A DNA stretch of 39,244 nt from Candidatus Bathyarchaeia archaeon (GCA_049676905.1 JBAUBP010000183.1:1-39244); one strand, 5' to 3'; positions 9,028 through 18,608 are shown, counted from the first letter of the stretch. Made by a program: numbers and translations. The notes: a model not told the origin generated them from the sequence alone.

Positions 9028-9486
9028 TTGTCGACAGAGAAATCTGAACTTGCTAAGATGAAAGTAACTGAGCTTCGTAAGCTTGCTGAACAACTGGGTG
9101 TCGAAACGCCATCAAAGAAGATCAAAGCTGAACTTATCAAATCCATAATGGCTAAACAAAAAAAGAGAGTCGCGAAACCAACACCGAAGCCCAAACCAGA
9201 AGCGAAAGCCCCACCACCAGTCGAGAAAATCTTTGGAATATTCGTGAACTTCAGACAAGGCATGTTCAGACAGTATCCTCGCAACATATTGATACGAATT
9301 CCAGGCATAGATAGTTCAAATTCCGCCGCGAAATATATCGGGAGAAAGGTCATTTGGCGCTCAAAATCTGGAAAGAAACTCGTAGGAAAAATCGTCAAAA
9401 CGCATGGCCGAAATGGCGTTCTACGAAGTAGGTTCAAAAAAGGTCTTCCAGGACAAGCCATAGGATCTTCAGTTGAAATAATCTAA
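9028..9486 (+). CDS. rpl35ae: ribosomal protein L35Ae with an N-terminal HeH/SAP(Rho-N)-like domain and a Lys/Pro linker
   Basis: C-terminal ~85 aa (YIGRKVIWRSKSGKKLVGKIVKTHGRNGVLRSRFKKGLPGQAIGSSVEII) matches archaeal L35Ae closely. N-terminal KVTELRKLAEQLGVETPSKKIKAELIKSI is a helix-extension-helix motif. The linker is KKRVAKPTPKPKPEAKAPPP. Confidence 0.85.
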   Translation: MSTEKSELAKMKVTELRKLAEQLGVETPSKKIKAELIKSIMAKQKKRVAKPTPKPKPEAKAPPPVEKIFGIFVNFRQGMFRQYPRNILIRIPGIDSSNSAAKYIGRKVIWRSKSGKKLVGKIVKTHGRNGVLRSRFKKGLPGQAIGSSVEII

Positions 9487-9565
9487 GATTAACCTACAAA
9501 TTACACATCTTGAACAATCAATACAAGACCTGTAATGACAATTCTCAATTTGGACATGATATAGA

Positions 9566-10204
9566 ATGAATAGGGGAAAATACCCCAAAATAGGAGAAAC
9601 ATACGAAATCATCCTGTCAACATACTGTGATAAAGGTCAACCAAATGCCGCTCCGATGGGTATAAAATTTCTTAGAAAAAAAAGAGTCTTCATCAAATTA
9701 TTCAAAGGAACACGCACACTTAACAACATAATGAAAAGAAGATGTGCAATAGCAAATGTGACAAGCGATCCGTTTCTATTCTATAAAACAACATTTAAAG
9801 AAAAAAATCAGCTTTCACCAAATTACTTCTCTCGATCAAAAATCATAGATGCGCCGTATTTGAGGTCTGCAGATGGATATATTCAGATGACCTTGGGAAC
9901 GTGTAAACATAAACGAATCTATGTGGAAACTGAATTTCATATAAAAAGAATAAATTTGAAAAAAACTAGGTCGGACCTCTATTCTCGAGGGGCCCATGCA
10001 CTTATTGAAGCTATAATACATTCGACTCGAATAAAGGAATTCTTAGCTAAAGGTAAAACAAAAAAGACAAACAAACTGATTCAGCTGGTAAATCATTATA
10101 ACGAATTGATTCAAAGAGTCTCACCAGACTCGGACTATGAAAAAATCATCAACGAAATCCAAAATAGAATCAATAAATGGAAAAATGAAAAAAATATGCG
10201 TTAA
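9566..10204 (+). CDS. DUF447-like (split-barrel flavoprotein-like) protein linked to H4MPT biosynthesis genes
   Basis: 212 aa. The N-terminal pattern YEIILSTY...GQPNAAPMGI resembles the DUF447 family as I recall it. Overlaps the start of the beta-RFAP synthase gene, suggesting translational coupling. Confidence 0.45.
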   Translation: MNRGKYPKIGETYEIILSTYCDKGQPNAAPMGIKFLRKKRVFIKLFKGTRTLNNIMKRRCAIANVTSDPFLFYKTTFKEKNQLSPNYFSRSKIIDAPYLRSADGYIQMTLGTCKHKRIYVETEFHIKRINLKKTRSDLYSRGAHALIEAIIHSTRIKEFLAKGKTKKTNKLIQLVNHYNELIQRVSPDSDYEKIINEIQNRINKWKNEKNMR

Positions 10205-11168
10205 GACACCATCTAGACTACACTTTTGCCTAATAGACATGAATGGTGAGCTCGGTCGAGTAGATGGAAGTCTAGGGATTAGCATAGAGAAGCCAAATGT
10301 CGAACTCATAACATGGCTTAGTGATGAGCCAAAAGTTTATGGAAAAGAATCTTCGCGTGTAAAGGCGCTTGCTAAATTCTTTTTATCAAATATTAAATCT
10401 GATGAAAACATTTCAATAAATGTTAAAAATTTGATTCCATCGCATATAGGATTTGGTTCTGAAACCCAGCTTAGCTTGGCAGTAGCATCCTCAATAGCAA
10501 AACTACTCAGATTAAATTTGTCTACTTATGAATTAGCTCAAATCATGGGTAGAGGAGGGACTTCCGGCATAGGTGTAGCAACTTTTGATAAAGGAGGATT
10601 TATTCTAGATGGAGGACACAGTTTCGGCAATAACTGCCAGAAAAAAGACTTTCTACCTTCAAATGCTTCGAGGTCTCCACCCGCAAAAGTGCTTGTTAGA
10701 TACAATTTTCCAGAAGATTGGATTTTCATTTTGGCAACTCCAAAAACAGAAAAGGGAATGTTTGGACAGAAAGAAACGGACATCTTCAGAAAACTATGTC
10801 CAATCCCTGCCGATGAAGTTGCCGCAATTAGTCGTATTATACTTATGAAACTTCTTCCTTCCGTATTGGAAAAGGATATTCAGATTTTTGGCTCTGGCTT
10901 AACAGATCTTCAAAATCTTGGTTTCGCAAAGGCAGCCAAAGATCTTACGCATCCAGTAACAGCAAGGTGCATCAAAACATTATTGGAGAAAGGAGCATAT
11001 GGTGCTGGACAAAGCTCGTTTGGCCCTACAGCTTATGGCTTATTTAAACGAGATAATGAGGTAGAAAGAGTCATCCCCGTGCTGAAAAACCTCTTGACTA
11101 AATCTGGTGGTGGAGAAGTGTTATGTGCCGGTCCAAACAATTTGGGAGCTCATATATCTTTTCATTAG
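10185..11168 (+). CDS. mptG: beta-ribofuranosylaminobenzene 5'-phosphate (beta-RFAP) synthase, GHMP-kinase fold
   Basis: KTPSRLHFCLIDMNGELGRVDGSLGISIEKP, GFGSETQLSLAVA and GGTSGIGVATFDKGGFILDGGH are characteristic of MJ1427-type beta-RFAP synthase. I prefer the ATG at 10185 over the track start at 10137. Confidence 0.85.
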   Translation: MKKICVKTPSRLHFCLIDMNGELGRVDGSLGISIEKPNVELITWLSDEPKVYGKESSRVKALAKFFLSNIKSDENISINVKNLIPSHIGFGSETQLSLAVASSIAKLLRLNLSTYELAQIMGRGGTSGIGVATFDKGGFILDGGHSFGNNCQKKDFLPSNASRSPPAKVLVRYNFPEDWIFILATPKTEKGMFGQKETDIFRKLCPIPADEVAAISRIILMKLLPSVLEKDIQIFGSGLTDLQNLGFAKAAKDLTHPVTARCIKTLLEKGAYGAGQSSFGPTAYGLFKRDNEVERVIPVLKNLLTKSGGGEVLCAGPNNLGAHISFH

Positions 11169-11227
11169 ATGAGTTGGATAATCATCCTTGTTGCGAGTAA
11201 TTCATCTAATGTCTGAAGGTTTAGATC

Positions 11228-12802
11228 TTGAAAGTGCTTGTTGTAACGGGAATGAGAGCAAAAGACATTGTGAAAGAACATCTTAGTCGAAGTGAGTTTG
11301 ACCATGAGATCTGTATCCTGCCAGTTCCAGTTGCAGCTCTAATGTCGACTCAATACATAGCTCGAATGCTTGAGCATAAGGATCTTTCTGGAATTGATCT
11401 TGTGTTGATACCAGGTCTAATAAAAGGAGACGCTTCAATTATAAAAAAAAGAGTTGGAATAAAATCTTGGAAGGGACCTAAGAATGCAGCCGATCTGCCG
11501 AATGTACTCAAAGTAATAGAAAAGGTAAGATTTTCAACCATATTTCCTGCTGATGAATCAATCAGAAAAGCTGGAATAAAAGATGTAGAAAGGTCTCTAA
11601 ATAGAATTGAAAAAGAAAGTAAGAAAGCAATTCCAAGAGAGGATCTGTTTGTTTTAGGAAAAGGTGAAAAGAGATTATTTTTAGGTCCACACTTTCCTAT
11701 GAGGGTTCTCGCCGAGATCGTTGACGCTTCGATAATGTCAACAGAGGAAATCAAAAAGAGAGCAAGTGTCTATGATGCATCTGGTGCTGACATAATAGAT
11801 GTAGGTATGGTCGCTGGCGGGGGCCATCCTGAGGATTCATCAAGAGCTGTTAAAGCGGTAAAGAAATGCACAAAGAAAATAGTTAGCATAGACACTCAAG
11901 ATCCAGAAGAGATAATCTGCGCTATAAAAGCAGGTGCTGATCTAATACTAAGTATAGATGCTGAAAACATGTCTGAAGTGGCCGAATTCACAGTAGAAAG
12001 TCCGGTAGTTGTGACCGCGTCAGGTAGAGCGCATGTTTTAGAGGAAAATATTGAAAAAAGAATTAGTCAATTAAATGAGAATATACACCGAGCAAGATCT
12101 TTGGGATACATGAGTATTATTGCTGATCCTGTTTTATCGCCAATTTTTTCTCCTGATTTATGTAAATCAATTCAAGCATATCTCAGATTTAGAGAAATGA
12201 ATACAAATACGCCAGTGCTTTTCGGTGCTGGGAACGTAACAGAATTAATTGATGGCGACTCAATTGGAGCAAATCTGCTTTTAACAGGAATTGCTGCTGA
12301 GGTTGGAGCGAATATTTTACTCACGACGGAAGGGAGTGTTAAAACCAAGAACTCGGTTTCTGAAGTTGTTAAAGCGGTTAAGATGATCACGCTAGCTAGA
12401 AACAGGAAAAGCCCGCCAAAGGATTTGGGAATCGATCTTCTAATCATGAAAGATAAAAATTGGAAAGAAGAAATGTCCACAATTACAGAGAAAATAAAAA
12501 AGTTATCTGCTAAAGGAAATTTAGATCCCGCTCATGATCAGAGAGGATCGTATAGGATTATGATAGACCGTGATAAGAATGAGATTGTAATGGCTCATTA
12601 CGATTATGGTAAGATTAAACCAGATCTAATATTCAAATCAAAAGAACCTGATCTATTAATCGGGGAGGCCGTTAATCGCAGTTTGATATCTAGGTTAGAA
12701 CATGCATATTATTTGGGAAGAGAACTTGAGAAAGCCAAAATCGCAATTTTGACTGGCAAGAGTTATGTTCAAGATCAAGAACTCTTTTTTGGAACAAACT
12801 GA
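11228..12802 (+). CDS. dihydropteroate-synthase-like enzyme of methanopterin biosynthesis (MJ0301 type) with a C-terminal extension
   Basis: Pterin-binding-type motif ASGADIIDVGMVAGG. The ~520-aa size and position directly after mptG fit the archaeal H4MPT-specific DHPS homologue. Confidence 0.75.
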   Translation: MKVLVVTGMRAKDIVKEHLSRSEFDHEICILPVPVAALMSTQYIARMLEHKDLSGIDLVLIPGLIKGDASIIKKRVGIKSWKGPKNAADLPNVLKVIEKVRFSTIFPADESIRKAGIKDVERSLNRIEKESKKAIPREDLFVLGKGEKRLFLGPHFPMRVLAEIVDASIMSTEEIKKRASVYDASGADIIDVGMVAGGGHPEDSSRAVKAVKKCTKKIVSIDTQDPEEIICAIKAGADLILSIDAENMSEVAEFTVESPVVVTASGRAHVLEENIEKRISQLNENIHRARSLGYMSIIADPVLSPIFSPDLCKSIQAYLRFREMNTNTPVLFGAGNVTELIDGDSIGANLLLTGIAAEVGANILLTTEGSVKTKNSVSEVVKAVKMITLARNRKSPPKDLGIDLLIMKDKNWKEEMSTITEKIKKLSAKGNLDPAHDQRGSYRIMIDRDKNEIVMAHYDYGKIKPDLIFKSKEPDLLIGEAVNRSLISRLEHAYYLGRELEKAKIAILTGKSYVQDQELFFGTN

Positions 12803-12864
12803 CTTCAATTCTATTAGAGTTTAATAAGATTTATCAAGTATTATGATCAGAATATCGGAATTCA

Positions 12865-13620
12865 ATGGACTCCAGAAGTTTCAGTAGATCTAATGGCATA
12901 ATGCTAGTAGCCTCACTTGCAGCTGTATACGCTATCCTCAGAATTATTCCAACTTTTCCTCTTGTGGGTGTGCCAGGTGCTTACTTCTCAGTCGCAGATG
13001 TTATAGCATCTCTCTATGGAATTTTATTGGGACCTTACCTCGGCCCATTATCGATTATGCTTGGGACTTTTATAGGATATTTTGCAGGTAGACCGCCTGT
13101 ATTTCTCGGTCTCGATTTCATGCCAGCGGCGATAAATAGTATAGTTGTTGGATTTATTATGCGAGGAAAAAGGAAATATTCTATAATTATATACTTGGTT
13201 CTCTTAGCGCTATTCTTTTTTCACCCCTATGCACCGAGAATGATCCAAGTTGGTTTAAACTTTGGCGAAGATAGTTTTACATTTCCTTTTGTATGGATGC
13301 ATGTCATAGGATTGATTATTTTGGTATCGCCCGTTGGTACACATATTTCAAGGCTTATCAATGAAAAGTCAATTAAAATGTCGGCCATAGGTTTCTTATT
13401 ATTATCTTTGATAGGAACCTTGTCTCAACATCTAATGGGCAATTTACTTTTTAGTTCAATCATCCTACCAACACTCAGTGCAGAAGCTGCCAATACAATT
13501 TGGTGGGGGATATTCTGGGTCTACCCGATTGAACGTGTTATAATTGTTATATTGTCACTGATTATCGGTCTGCCTATAATTAGAACACTTGGAACTTCAG
13601 TTGTTAATATCACAAAATAG
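12865..13620 (+). CDS. polytopic membrane protein (S-component/transporter-like), function unknown
   Basis: 251 aa with about 6-7 hydrophobic helices and Gly/Pro-rich helix motifs (LYGILLGPYLGPLSIMLGTFIGYFAG). Follows the H4MPT genes on the same strand. Confidence 0.5.
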   Translation: MDSRSFSRSNGIMLVASLAAVYAILRIIPTFPLVGVPGAYFSVADVIASLYGILLGPYLGPLSIMLGTFIGYFAGRPPVFLGLDFMPAAINSIVVGFIMRGKRKYSIIIYLVLLALFFFHPYAPRMIQVGLNFGEDSFTFPFVWMHVIGLIILVSPVGTHISRLINEKSIKMSAIGFLLLSLIGTLSQHLMGNLLFSSIILPTLSAEAANTIWWGIFWVYPIERVIIVILSLIIGLPIIRTLGTSVVNITK

Positions 13621-13841
13621 AATCAAAAAACATTTGATAAGATTAAAATCGTATCTTTCCCTGTTCGAAATATTTATGAGAGCTTAGAATTGCAACTTGA
13701 CCAAAATATTATCTCATCTATTTATTCATGTTAGAAGATTATTCATAAATAATCTCATGGAGATTAGGCATCCCAATTAGAATGGGTAGTTAAGAGAGTC
13801 GAATAATCTCAAGAACTTGTTTAATAGAAAAGAGGAATGAT

Positions 13842-15086
13842 TTAGGATTTTTGAATGTCTTTTTTCATCTTAAAATATTCTTCTCTGGTAATCTCACCTT
13901 GACTATATCTAATATTTAGATTGTCAAGAGCGGAGGACGGAGCTCTTCTTTGAAATTCTGGAAGCCCTCGCATTGAGACTATGATTCCAACGATGATTAA
14001 GATCAATATTACGCTCAATATTATTGCCAAGGTTATATATGCCATTGAATAATCTGAACGCCACATTGCTGTTAAAACCATCGGGTTCTCTATCACGATC
14101 TCAGTCGTAGGACTGAATTGGTCTCCACTTGTCATTCCATCCCATCTATCAAAAACATTCTTGGCTCCTATTGAACCCCAAAAACCGGCCATAGCTACTT
14201 CAGGGTCGACGGATATGGTTGCCATGGAATCTTCTCGATACCAGCCAGATCCCTGGGGATGACCCAGCTCTGAGTTTACTTGGATGTAGTATTCTGATTG
14301 GTATATTGATCTGGCTTTGTAAGGCTTATTCATAGTCAACGTTATTGTATTGCTCACCATCTCAGTGCCATCAATGTTCCATGCCTTGAACACTTTTCTT
14401 TCCTGATCAGATTGCTCTATTCTCTCTGATGTTGATAATGTAACTACCACACTCTTTTGCCACCAACCTGCCTTGTCGATTGACTGACCATATGCGTTAT
14501 CAACCGTCAACATGTATTCAGGTTCATATGAGAAAGTATGTGAAGCTTCAAGTTTAGCTCTTGTTGAACTTGGATAATAATATGGGTAGTAATACGCTCC
14601 AGGATAGTAATAGTAAGTATGGACTTCCGGATAGTATGAATTATTTGTATAGTAATGTGGCGCAGTATAGTAATAGTATGGGTAATAATATGGATAATTG
14701 TAAGGGTAATAACTTGTCTGAGTTTTCTCAAAAGTCCAAGAATTTTCACGGCAAACATATCTGACTCCATCGGCTCCAGATACATATTCTTGAACTTGGA
14801 AGATATGTGATTCTGTACTTCTAACTTCGAATTCTCGTGAGGATCCTCCCTGAATAGTTCCTTCATCATTCCCATTAATCTGAATAGAAGTTGAGCGATC
14901 TGATGGTATGTCTGATGTTGATATAGTTACAAAATAATTATAGCGACTTGAATAAGTAGAGTAGGGATAGTAAACAGGCACATAGTAATCAGTATAGGCT
15001 TCCACATCTCGTATTGATTCCAAATCTAAACATGAAGATGAAAGTATACACAATATACTGATAATTAGTACTAATGAGAACCTCAA
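13842..15086 (-). CDS. secreted, C-terminally membrane-anchored protein with Tyr/Pro-rich tracts, B-repeat-like beta modules and a cytoplasmic SHOCT tail
   Basis: TTG start. N-terminal signal-like MRFSLVLIISILCILSSSC. Tyr-rich tracts at residues 31-51 and 125-172. Modules of the type Y-x-L/I-x-V...G-W-W/Y...W-x-x-DG. TM helix MAYITLAIILSVILILIIVGIIV. C-terminal LDNLNIRYSQGEITREEYFKMKKDI fits the SHOCT consensus. Confidence 0.6.
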   Translation of the reverse strand: MRFSLVLIISILCILSSSCLDLESIRDVEAYTDYYVPVYYPYSTYSSRYNYFVTISTSDIPSDRSTSIQINGNDEGTIQGGSSREFEVRSTESHIFQVQEYVSGADGVRYVCRENSWTFEKTQTSYYPYNYPYYYPYYYYTAPHYYTNNSYYPEVHTYYYYPGAYYYPYYYPSSTRAKLEASHTFSYEPEYMLTVDNAYGQSIDKAGWWQKSVVVTLSTSERIEQSDQERKVFKAWNIDGTEMVSNTITLTMNKPYKARSIYQSEYYIQVNSELGHPQGSGWYREDSMATISVDPEVAMAGFWGSIGAKNVFDRWDGMTSGDQFSPTTEIVIENPMVLTAMWRSDYSMAYITLAIILSVILILIIVGIIVSMRGLPEFQRRAPSSALDNLNIRYSQGEITREEYFKMKKDIQKS

Positions 15087-15228
15087 TTACCTCACCGAAG
15101 GTAGATTATTATAACATTTTATGCAAGGGACCATTTAAACATTGATTCATATAATTTCCTAATCAGCAATATTGTTCATAAATATTGCAATAAATCAGAA
15201 TTTAACATATGAATTCTGGAATTCAATT

Positions 15229-15268
15229 AAAAAAAAGATTTGAAGCTACACCAACTAAATGGTGCAGC
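15229..15268 (-). terminator. hairpin plus U8 terminator-like element after the thermosome operon
   Basis: On the minus-strand RNA the stem is GCUGCACC/GGUGUAGC (15261-15268 / 15245-15252; 8 bp, one G-U) with an 8-nt loop. It starts 10 nt after the stop codon. Eight U follow (A-run 15229-15236 on the plus strand). Confidence 0.45.
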
Positions 15269-15277
15269 ATTTAATGT

Positions 15278-16924
15278 TTAGTCAAATTCCGAGGAGTCTC
15301 CACCTGGCGGTCCAGGAGGCGTATCTTTAGGTTTGGAAGCAGATATCACGTCGTCGATTCTCAATATCATTGAACCTGCTTCGCTAGCTGTTTTCACAAC
15401 CTGCGATTTGACGGCAAGGGGCTCATATACATTTGATTTTGTCATGTCCATGGCTTTTTCCTTATTAACATCTACACCAGCCCACTTCTCACCTTTCTCA
15501 TGCATTGCTCTAAGCTCAACAAGAATGTCTATAGGATCAAGACCAGCATTCTCGGCTAAAGTCATTGGTATGACTTCCAAAGCTTCAGCGTAGCATATTA
15601 CAGCTAGCTGTTCCTTTCCTGTAAGTTTCTCAGCAAATCTTCTAAGTTTGGAAGCAACTTCAAGTTCTGGTGCTCCTCCACCCGCTACTATTCTGGGCTC
15701 GCGTATAACGTCTCTGACAACACAGAGTGCATCATGAATTGAACGCTCGGCCTCATTGACGATTCGCTCCGTTCCCCCTCTTATGAGTATTGCCACTGCT
15801 TTAGGATTCTTGCATCCTTCAATGAATGTCATTTTATCGTCTGAGATCTTTCTCTCTTCGAAAAGGTCTGCTTTTCCAAGATCTTCGGATTTGAGGTCAT
15901 CAATATTTGTCACAATCTTACCGCCCGTCGCCTTTGATAGTTTCTCTATGTCCTTCTCACTGACTCTCCTTATCGCTGCAATTTCTTCTTTAGCTAGGAA
16001 GTGTTGGGCGACGTCGTCTATTCCTTTCTGGCAGAGGAGTACGTTTGCGCCAGAAGATTTCACTTTATCAGCCATCTTTCTGAGGATTTTCTCTTCCTCA
16101 TCAAGAAAGGCTTTCATCTGTTCAGGTCTCTGGATGTTGATTTTTGCATCAAATTCGGTCTTCTCTACTTCAAGAGCAGAATTCACCAGTGCTATTTTTG
16201 GATTCTTAATGCTTTTCGGCATTCCAGAGTGTACGACTTCCTTGTCTATCACTAATCCGTTGATCAGTTTTGTATCTGCTAAAGAGCCGCCAGCTTTTTT
16301 CTCGACTTTGATGGCTTCAACATCAGCTTTCCATCCTTCAGGAGTTTGTTCCGCAACTTGGAGGATTGCATCGATCGCAATATTGGCTATGTACTCGGCA
16401 TTCTCTGACAATAATTTACTGGCTTGAGATGTAACTGCTACATCTCGAAGAGCTTTTTTATCATTTGGCTCGACTTTTATGGCGATCTCATCCAAGATCT
16501 CTAGAGCTCTTTCAGTTGCTTGTCTGTAGCCATCAACTATAATTGTTGGATGAACATCCTTCTCTATTAGTTCCTCGGCTTTAGTCAATAATTCCGCCGC
16601 AAGCACTACCGCTGTTGTGGTACCGTCTCCAACTTCTTGGTCTTGTGTTTTGGCAACATCTACCATCATTTTGGCAGCTGGATTCTGTACATCCATCTCT
16701 TTTAGAATTGTCGCGCCATCATTTGTTATTGTGACATCTCCAAAACTGGCGACAAGCATCTTATCCATGCCTTTTGGTCCTAGTGCAGATTTGACTGCTT
16801 CAGCAACCGCTCGTGCTGCCTGAATGTTGGAATGTAGAGCTTCTCTACCTACACTCCTGTCTGTTCCTTCCCTCAATATTAAAACTGATTGTCCACCAAT
16901 TCTTGCTGCTATCGCTTCAGTCAT
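15278..16924 (-). CDS. ths: thermosome (group II chaperonin) subunit
   Basis: [25 protein letters not shown] and GGGAPE motifs. GAGGTGA lies 8 nt upstream of the ATG and only 16 nt after the stop of the upstream paralog. Confidence 0.95.
   Translation of the reverse strand: MTEAIAARIGGQSVLILREGTDRSVGREALHSNIQAARAVAEAVKSALGPKGMDKMLVASFGDVTITNDGATILKEMDVQNPAAKMMVDVAKTQDQEVGDGTTTAVVLAAELLTKAEELIEKDVHPTIIVDGYRQATERALEILDEIAIKVEPNDKKALRDVAVTSQASKLLSENAEYIANIAIDAILQVAEQTPEGWKADVEAIKVEKKAGGSLADTKLINGLVIDKEVVHSGMPKSIKNPKIALVNSALEVEKTEFDAKINIQRPEQMKAFLDEEEKILRKMADKVKSSGANVLLCQKGIDDVAQHFLAKEEIAAIRRVSEKDIEKLSKATGGKIVTNIDDLKSEDLGKADLFEERKISDDKMTFIEGCKNPKAVAILIRGGTERIVNEAERSIHDALCVVRDVIREPRIVAGGGAPELEVASKLRRFAEKLTGKEQLAVICYAEALEVIPMTLAENAGLDPIDILVELRAMHEKGEKWAGVDVNKEKAMDMTKSNVYEPLAVKSQVVKTASEAGSMILRIDDVISASKPKDTPPGPPGGDSSEFD
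15993..16070 (-). repeat. 78-nt tract identical to 17692-17769 (copy in the downstream thermosome gene)
   Basis: Base-by-base comparison: gctaggaagtgttgggcgacgtcgtctattcctttctggcagaggagtacgtttgcgccagaagatttcactttatca is identical in both genes. It encodes most of [27 protein letters not shown]. Confidence 0.9.
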
Positions 16925-16940
16925 TTATTTTCACCTCTTA

Positions 16941-18608
16941 TTACATCATTCCGCCCATGCCGGGTGGCATTCCGCCCATGCCGGGTGGCATTCCGCCCAT
17001 GCCACCACCTGGTGGTGGGGCTGCGCTCTTTGATGCTGCTATTACATCATCTATTCTTAGTATCATTGAGGCTGACTCCACAGCAGATCTTATAGCATGT
17101 TCTTTGACTCTGATCGGCTCGATAATTCCTTCTTTCAACATGTCTTTGGTCTTTCCCGAATATACGTCTACGCCAGTAGTCTGACCAGTGGATTCGGCGT
17201 GTGCTGCCTTTAGTGCAACCATTATGTCGATAGGGTCGAGTCCTGCGTTCTCAGCTAAATATTTGGGTATTGATTCAAGCGCGTCAGCAAACTTCTCAAT
17301 TGCCATTTGTTCTCTGCCTCCAATCTTGGGAGCATATTCTTTAATTCTCTTGGCGACTTCGACTTCCGTCGCACCGCCTCCAGCTACAATCTTATTCTTA
17401 CTGACTATGTCGCTGACGACAAAGAGTGCATCATTTAGAGCTCGTTCAGCTTCGTCAACAGATCTCTCAAGTCCTGCTCTTATCAGTATGCTAACTGAAC
17501 GTGGATTCTTGCATTCCTCAATAAATACCATTTTATCTTCACCCATTCTCCTCTCTTCCATAAGTCCTGCCTCGCCAAGCTCTTTCTTGGATAGTCCTTC
17601 CATGTTTGTGACTATTTTTCCGCCAGTTGCTCTAGCTAGCTTCTCCATGTCTGATTCTTTTATTCTTCTTACAGCTACTATGCCTTCTTTGGCTAGGAAG
17701 TGTTGGGCGACGTCGTCTATTCCTTTCTGGCAGAGGAGTACGTTTGCGCCAGAAGATTTCACTTTATCAACCATTTCTTTGAGAATGTTTGTCTCTTCAT
17801 CTAGGAACGCTTGCATCTGTTCAGGGTCGCTTATTCTAATCTCTGCACTAAATTCTGTTTTCTCAACCTCAAGTGCCACGTTGAGTAACGCTATTTTGGG
17901 GCTCTTTATGCTCTTGGGCATCCCAGGATGCACTATCTCTTTATCAATTATTATGCCTTTGATGAGTTTCGTGTCAAGGATGCTCTTTCCAATCTTTTTT
18001 ACCAATTGAACATTGTCTACGTCTGCCATTAATCTCTCGCCTCTCTGTTCTGTGACCTGTTTCATGGAATCAACAGCAATCTCTGCAAAAAGTTCTCGCG
18101 CCCCTCCGATGTTCTTGCTATGTAAAGCCGTCATAGCTGCTTTCTTGAGTGTTACCTTATCATCGAGGTCTACCGGCTTCGAAATTTCGTCAAGAATTCT
18201 CATAGTCTCGTCTGCTGCTTTCTTGTATCCGGAAATTATCGTTGTTGCATGAATATTATTGTCAATTAGTTCCTCGGCGTTTTTTAGTAGTTCACCCGCA
18301 AGGACAACGGCTGTTGTTGTTCCATCTCCAACTTCATCATCTTGTGTTTTGGCAATCTCCACCATCATCTTGGCAGCAGGATTCTGCACATCGATTTCAT
18401 CAAGGATTGTTGCACCATCATTAGTAATGGTGACATCTCCTAAGCTATCAACAAGCATTTTGTCCATTCCTCTGGGTCCCAGAGTTGATTTGACAACTTC
18501 GGCGATTATCTTTGCCGCCGTTATGTTTGACCGTTTAGCTTCCTTGCCTCTTGTCCTCGAGGCACCCTCCTTAAGGATTAGTATCGGTTGACCTGTTAAA
18601 TATGACAA
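16941..18608 (-). CDS. ths: thermosome (group II chaperonin) subunit with a GGM-type C-terminal tail
   Basis: [25 protein letters not shown] and GGGATE motifs. TTG start has GAGGTAA upstream. The tail is [24 protein letters not shown]. Confidence 0.95.
   Translation of the reverse strand: MSYLTGQPILILKEGASRTRGKEAKRSNITAAKIIAEVVKSTLGPRGMDKMLVDSLGDVTITNDGATILDEIDVQNPAAKMMVEIAKTQDDEVGDGTTTAVVLAGELLKNAEELIDNNIHATTIISGYKKAADETMRILDEISKPVDLDDKVTLKKAAMTALHSKNIGGARELFAEIAVDSMKQVTEQRGERLMADVDNVQLVKKIGKSILDTKLIKGIIIDKEIVHPGMPKSIKSPKIALLNVALEVEKTEFSAEIRISDPEQMQAFLDEETNILKEMVDKVKSSGANVLLCQKGIDDVAQHFLAKEGIVAVRRIKESDMEKLARATGGKIVTNMEGLSKKELGEAGLMEERRMGEDKMVFIEECKNPRSVSILIRAGLERSVDEAERALNDALFVVSDIVSKNKIVAGGGATEVEVAKRIKEYAPKIGGREQMAIEKFADALESIPKYLAENAGLDPIDIMVALKAAHAESTGQTTGVDVYSGKTKDMLKEGIIEPIRVKEHAIRSAVESASMILRIDDVIAASKSAAPPPGGGMGGMPPGMGGMPPGMGGMM
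16947..17003 (-). repeat. 21-nt in-frame tandem repeat (2 full copies plus 15 nt) encoding the PPGMGGM tail
   Basis: cattccgcccatgccgggtgg occurs at 16947-16967 and 16968-16988. The first 15 nt repeat again at 16989-17003. Confidence 0.85.
17692..17769 (-). repeat. 78-nt tract identical to 15993-16070 (copy in the upstream thermosome gene)
   Basis: Same as above. The flanking sequence of the two paralogs differs at many positions. Confidence 0.9.

Noticed and set aside
15166-15188. 8-bp inverted repeat gcaatatt N7 aatattgc upstream of the Tyr-rich protein gene
   Set aside because: AT-only arms of this size are expected by chance in an AT-rich intergenic region, and no second occurrence was seen.
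16947-17003. Short tandem repeat that could be mistaken for a mini-array or CRISPR-like repeat
   Set aside because: It is in frame within the thermosome gene and encodes the well-known Gly/Met-rich C-terminal tail. There are no spacers and only 2.7 copies.
15756-18009. Long plus-strand ORFs (15756-16427, 17188-18009, 16813-17184 and others) inside the thermosome genes
   Set aside because: They are antisense shadow ORFs of genes with unmistakable chaperonin motifs. Their translations are Ser/Leu/Ile-rich low-information sequence. The same applies to antisense ORFs within the M20, hydantoinase, aCPSF1, helicase and ribL genes (for example 3608-4084, 21438-21908, 35003-35425).
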